From: Gnetum montanum
Taxonomy: Eukaryota > Plantae > Gnetophyta
Assembly: GCA_015680685.1 (NCBI GenBank)
Contig: MNCI01000270.1
Location: 176,200-240,199 of the forward strand
Length of the DNA stretch: 64,000 bases
Reading direction: 5' to 3'
Numbering within the stretch: the stretch's first letter is position 1; each line of letters starts with the position of its first letter. This document shows positions 60,301 to 64,000 of this stretch, piece after piece. Made by a program: the position numbers and the translations under genes. Below the pieces are notes generated by a model that saw only the letters and a program-made list of their open reading frames with translations, made no database searches and was not told where the DNA came from.

Positions 60301-63300
60301 ACATTTTTCTATACTTTTCATTTGTTGCAATTCATCTTTTTCTTTTGCTATTTGCTCTATTAGCCTTTGTATATGATGAGCTCTTAGTTCGGATAGTCTC
60401 CCTTGGGCATAAATCCAAAGAGTTCTTCTAGTTTTTGCTCTAAGCCCATCTATGATGTGGTAGAGTTATTCTCTTTGAGAATAACCATGGCTAGGACATT
60501 GATGTAAGAGAGAATAATATCTACCCATGGTAGCATCCAAGGATTCACGTGTTCCATGTTTCTAGCCTTGGATTTGCTTTCTCAAATTGGACACTCTAGA
60601 GTATGTTTGGTAATTTTCATTAAATAGCTCAAGAATTGTACTCCATTGGTGGATAGATTTTAGCTCTAAGGATTGGTACTAGCTTTCAACCTCCTTGATG
60701 AGTGTCCTAGGAAGAAGTTTGAGTTTCTACCAATCATTTCCAATGTTCTACAAAGCATAGGCATTGTAAAAAACTTGTAGATGTGCGTGCGGGTCAAAAT
60801 TATACCCCCCCTTAAATCTTGGGATATTGTTAATGTCTAAGCACTTAATTTGACTATCTTTCACATGCCTAGTTTGAATCTTAACTATCTTTGCAATGTT
60901 AAGTATGCTTTGAGTTGCCAACAAAGGTTCATCATCATCAGTATTTCATTGTTGTCAATGATGTCCTCTATTACCCCTTCATTCATTATGGGCTTAATGA
61001 TCAGTGTTATTGTCTCGTTGAGCACCTCCATCATGGTTATTCTTTCTGTGACATCTTTCAAAACCAAAAGAAGAGGATGCAAATGAAGAGAATGAAGAGG
61101 GAGGAGGATTTCCATCACCATGGTGTCTACCAAGTCCCATTTAGTTGTCATGGCCACGTTCATAGATTTCTTATTATCTTAATGCTTGCCCGAGATCCTA
61201 CCTTGATTACCATTTTTTCCTGAACTTGGAAGGTTGATAGTAGAATGTAGATTCAAGTTCACACCCCCATCATTAGTAACTAGGGGTGGAGAATTTTCAT
61301 GTTGAGAGCCTTTAGAGAAAGGGCCCTCATAATCATCTTAGTTTAGTAGGAACAAGGAATTGGTGAACCATTTCCCCTTCACAGCCTCATGATGCTTCTC
61401 CTGATGTTGATTTCTCTTACATTGTGTGTCAATGGAATGGTAGTCCCTAGTTTCATAACCATTCACAATGTATTCCTCTTGAAGATCATGGATGCCTAAC
61501 TTTGTAAGAGTTTGAAGTAGCATCATGGGCATAGATCGATTAAGGGGCATTACAATGTTGCCCTCCATATCACACCATTACAGTTGCTCATCCTAGTGTA
61601 GGGTGAAGGTGAAATCAAGAACATACTCATCTAGATGAGTATATACCGCCTTGCATTGTTGTGAGACCGACTATTTGACATCTTCATGCTTAGGAGAAGA
61701 AGAAGACATTTTGCAAACAAATAAAATATCAATGTGCTTTTGTAATTATATGTTGTGTGAGAGTGATGTTGACCTTAGGTTCATCCAATGATATTAATTA
61801 TGTTCACTAATTGTAGATAGCACACATTTCAACAAACAGAAGTCCCTGACAATGGCACCGATCATGAGTGGTTGAGGTACCCCTACGCCCAACGATACGG
61901 ATTATGAAGATAACATGCATGATCCGGTCGAATTCCATGGACTCTATAGTTTCTGGTACACTAGTTTTGTAGGAAGTGAAGCTTGCCCTAAGGTCATTTA
62001 TTATCTTTCCAAATACACTTGTGATTGCACAAAGGTATGGTTAAGTGTAATTAAGGCATATGATTTTTATTGTTTTATGTTCTTTGGTGCTTAGAGTAGA
62101 GAGATGGAATAATTTAACAACTAATCTAATTTAACCACTTAATTAGTCTCTAACTAATCATAACATAAGCATCTAGTCCCACTTTCCATACACATCCTGA
62201 ACCCATATATCCATTACTATGTTATCAAGCACCACGCTACTGGGCACACCAAGTAATAATGCTACTAGAATTACCAAGTGAATACTTATGTACTTATGTA
62301 CTTATGCTCGAAGCGATCGTACTGATGTACTTAATCTATTTAGCTTAATTACTAAACTAATTGCTTGAAGTCTTATTTATCTTAATTAATTACATATTTC
62401 ATGAAAATAATAAATGCATAAAGAAATCATTAATCTATTCTAAGTTCTACAAGGTTTGATCAAAAGGCTCATCTTTATTGTTGTTGTACACACTAGTGTG
62501 GTTCAGGTACAACAATGCTCAAATAAAGATCCATATACTTTCTAACTTCTATTGGAGGCACTCAAAAAAATATTCTAATTTTCAAATGGATAAATTGCAA
62601 GAGCTCTGCTACTACTATGACTTTATGATGCATAAACATGATTGGGAGCTCATATTTATAGTTTTTTCTATAGGACTGTGTTGATGGGGCCCCGTAGATG
62701 TACCAAACGCTATGTCGATGAGGTAACACCATGCAAATGAGGCCTCGTTGGTGAGGGCCTGTCGATGAGGCCACATCAATGGGGGCCCATCGATGCGATA
62801 CTTTGATGCTCATCACATGTCAAATCATTCCATCCTTGGGAAGGCATCATGTGGTTAAATCCCATGTATCTAGATAACATGAAGTACATATGTAATGCAT
62901 GCTAGTAGGTTGGGATATTAAGTAACCTCTTCTCAATATGATCTTGTCCACGACTAGGTACACCCAGAAATGTTCAACAACTAACATGAAACCATCAAGA
63001 TTCTTCAAAATCACTCTTGCATGCTAGTGAGTTGAGACACCATACCCACCACCCAACTGTCCTCTTCACTGTATGATCTTGCTTATGACTAGGTATCACC
63101 AAGACATGTTTAATAGCTAACATGAAACCCAAGATTCTCCAAAACTATGTTTACATGCATATGAGTAGATGAACATTTAAAATGCAAGAATGCCTAAGAG
63201 ATAATCCTAACCAACTATGTGTCAATAGAAGGAACTCAAATAGAAATAATTCCATAATGTAGGCATAATCCCACATTGAAAAGGCCATGATAACATAAAG

Positions 63301-64000
63301 AATATACATAAATGACTTTTCTAAATTGATAAATTAAATGAGAACTTTTTTGTTAAGAGCCATCTAACTATGGATCATGAGCTACATTAGATTTTGATGG
63401 GGAAAAAGCCACACCAATTACCAAAGTTTGAACTTAGATAATTGGTGTCACTCAATCACCCTCAAAATCTACCCCAACTATGTAGATGTAGTAATGGAGT
63501 ACAACTAAACTATGTGATGAGAAGCTCCCATGGATTTGACAATCCAAGCTCTCTCAATGTCATAAAATAGAAAATGTGAACAAGAAAAGAAAATGAAAGC
63601 TTTATTCTGTTTCAAATGGAGAAATTATAGCTGAAAGGAAGTGAAAATTTTCAAGGACATACAAGAGATTCAATCAAATTCTCATAGACACTCAATCAAA
63701 GAAAACACACTCTCACATGGATGATGATTAAGTCACCTAGCGAAGACTCTATCTCTCTCTACTTTCTTCTCTCAACTTACCTCTCTCTTCCTAAACTCTC
63801 TTAACAAAAATGAAGGTCCAAGAGATCTATTTACATTCTTCCATGTCTCTTCATCTTCCCTTTTTAAAAATTTATATCATTAAAAACTTGTAGGAAAATG
63901 TCTCATGTATCTACAAGATGTCTTGGAGGAGAATGGGACATCTTTCATGAAAGTGGATGTTAACAGGTGAGACATCTTGACTTGGGAGGAGACTTCTTAC
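54345..64000 (-). mobile_element. Athila-like Ty3/Gypsy element: 5' LTR from 61865 to beyond 64000, PBS 61860-61842, gag about 61200-59300, PR about 59100-58750, RT-RH-IN about 58250-55700
   Basis: The PBS reads CGGTGCCATTGTCAGGGACT, a decayed tRNA-Asp-type TGGCGCCGTTGCCGGGGA. Gag motif IPRFKGG..DPHAHL; PR motif DFPIIMGRAWLST; RH motif NYTTTKKEL...FRHYVLG..V.VHTDH; IN motifs HEGPCKGH and IIAIDYYIKW. The 3' LTR is not resolved. Confidence 0.85.
55700..59100 (-). pseudogene. Athila-like pol remnant (protease, RT, RNase H, integrase)
   Basis: ORFs 58720-58980, 56783-57445, 56558-56767 and 56234-56443 carry PR, RH and IN motifs separated by stops and frameshifts. Confidence 0.88.

Overview
This is eukaryotic nuclear DNA, most likely from a large-genome vascular plant (species not determinable). 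One host gene lies on the minus strand: an atypical SDR/NAD(P)-binding Rossmann-fold protein with a probable plastid transit peptide, resembling from memory Arabidopsis AT2G39080. Eight exons run from 42867 to 2832 and the last exon is outside the window. Intron 5 is a minor-spliceosome (U12) AT-AC intron. The other internal introns are 4-19.6 kb and filled with nested, decayed retroelements. Upstream of the gene (about 44.7-64 kb) is a block of LTR retrotransposons: a PBS-Met LTR remnant, a Gypsy element with TGTTG..CAACA LTRs, and an Athila-like element on the minus strand. The most unusual feature is an L1-clade LINE family with six copies here. Its ORF1 (DUF4283-like plus Zn knuckle) overlaps ORF2 (endonuclease, RT, zf-RVT) by a conserved ATGA. 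ORF2 then continues in frame, where many plant L1s carry RNase H, into a domain resembling Gypsy/Athila accessory proteins, a Pro-rich linker and a coiled coil. In three copies it ends in a DnaJ/J-domain-like module (C-P-Y-x-V/I-L/M...L-H-P-D/N). All copies are pseudogenised, and all domain calls are by eye, not by HMM.
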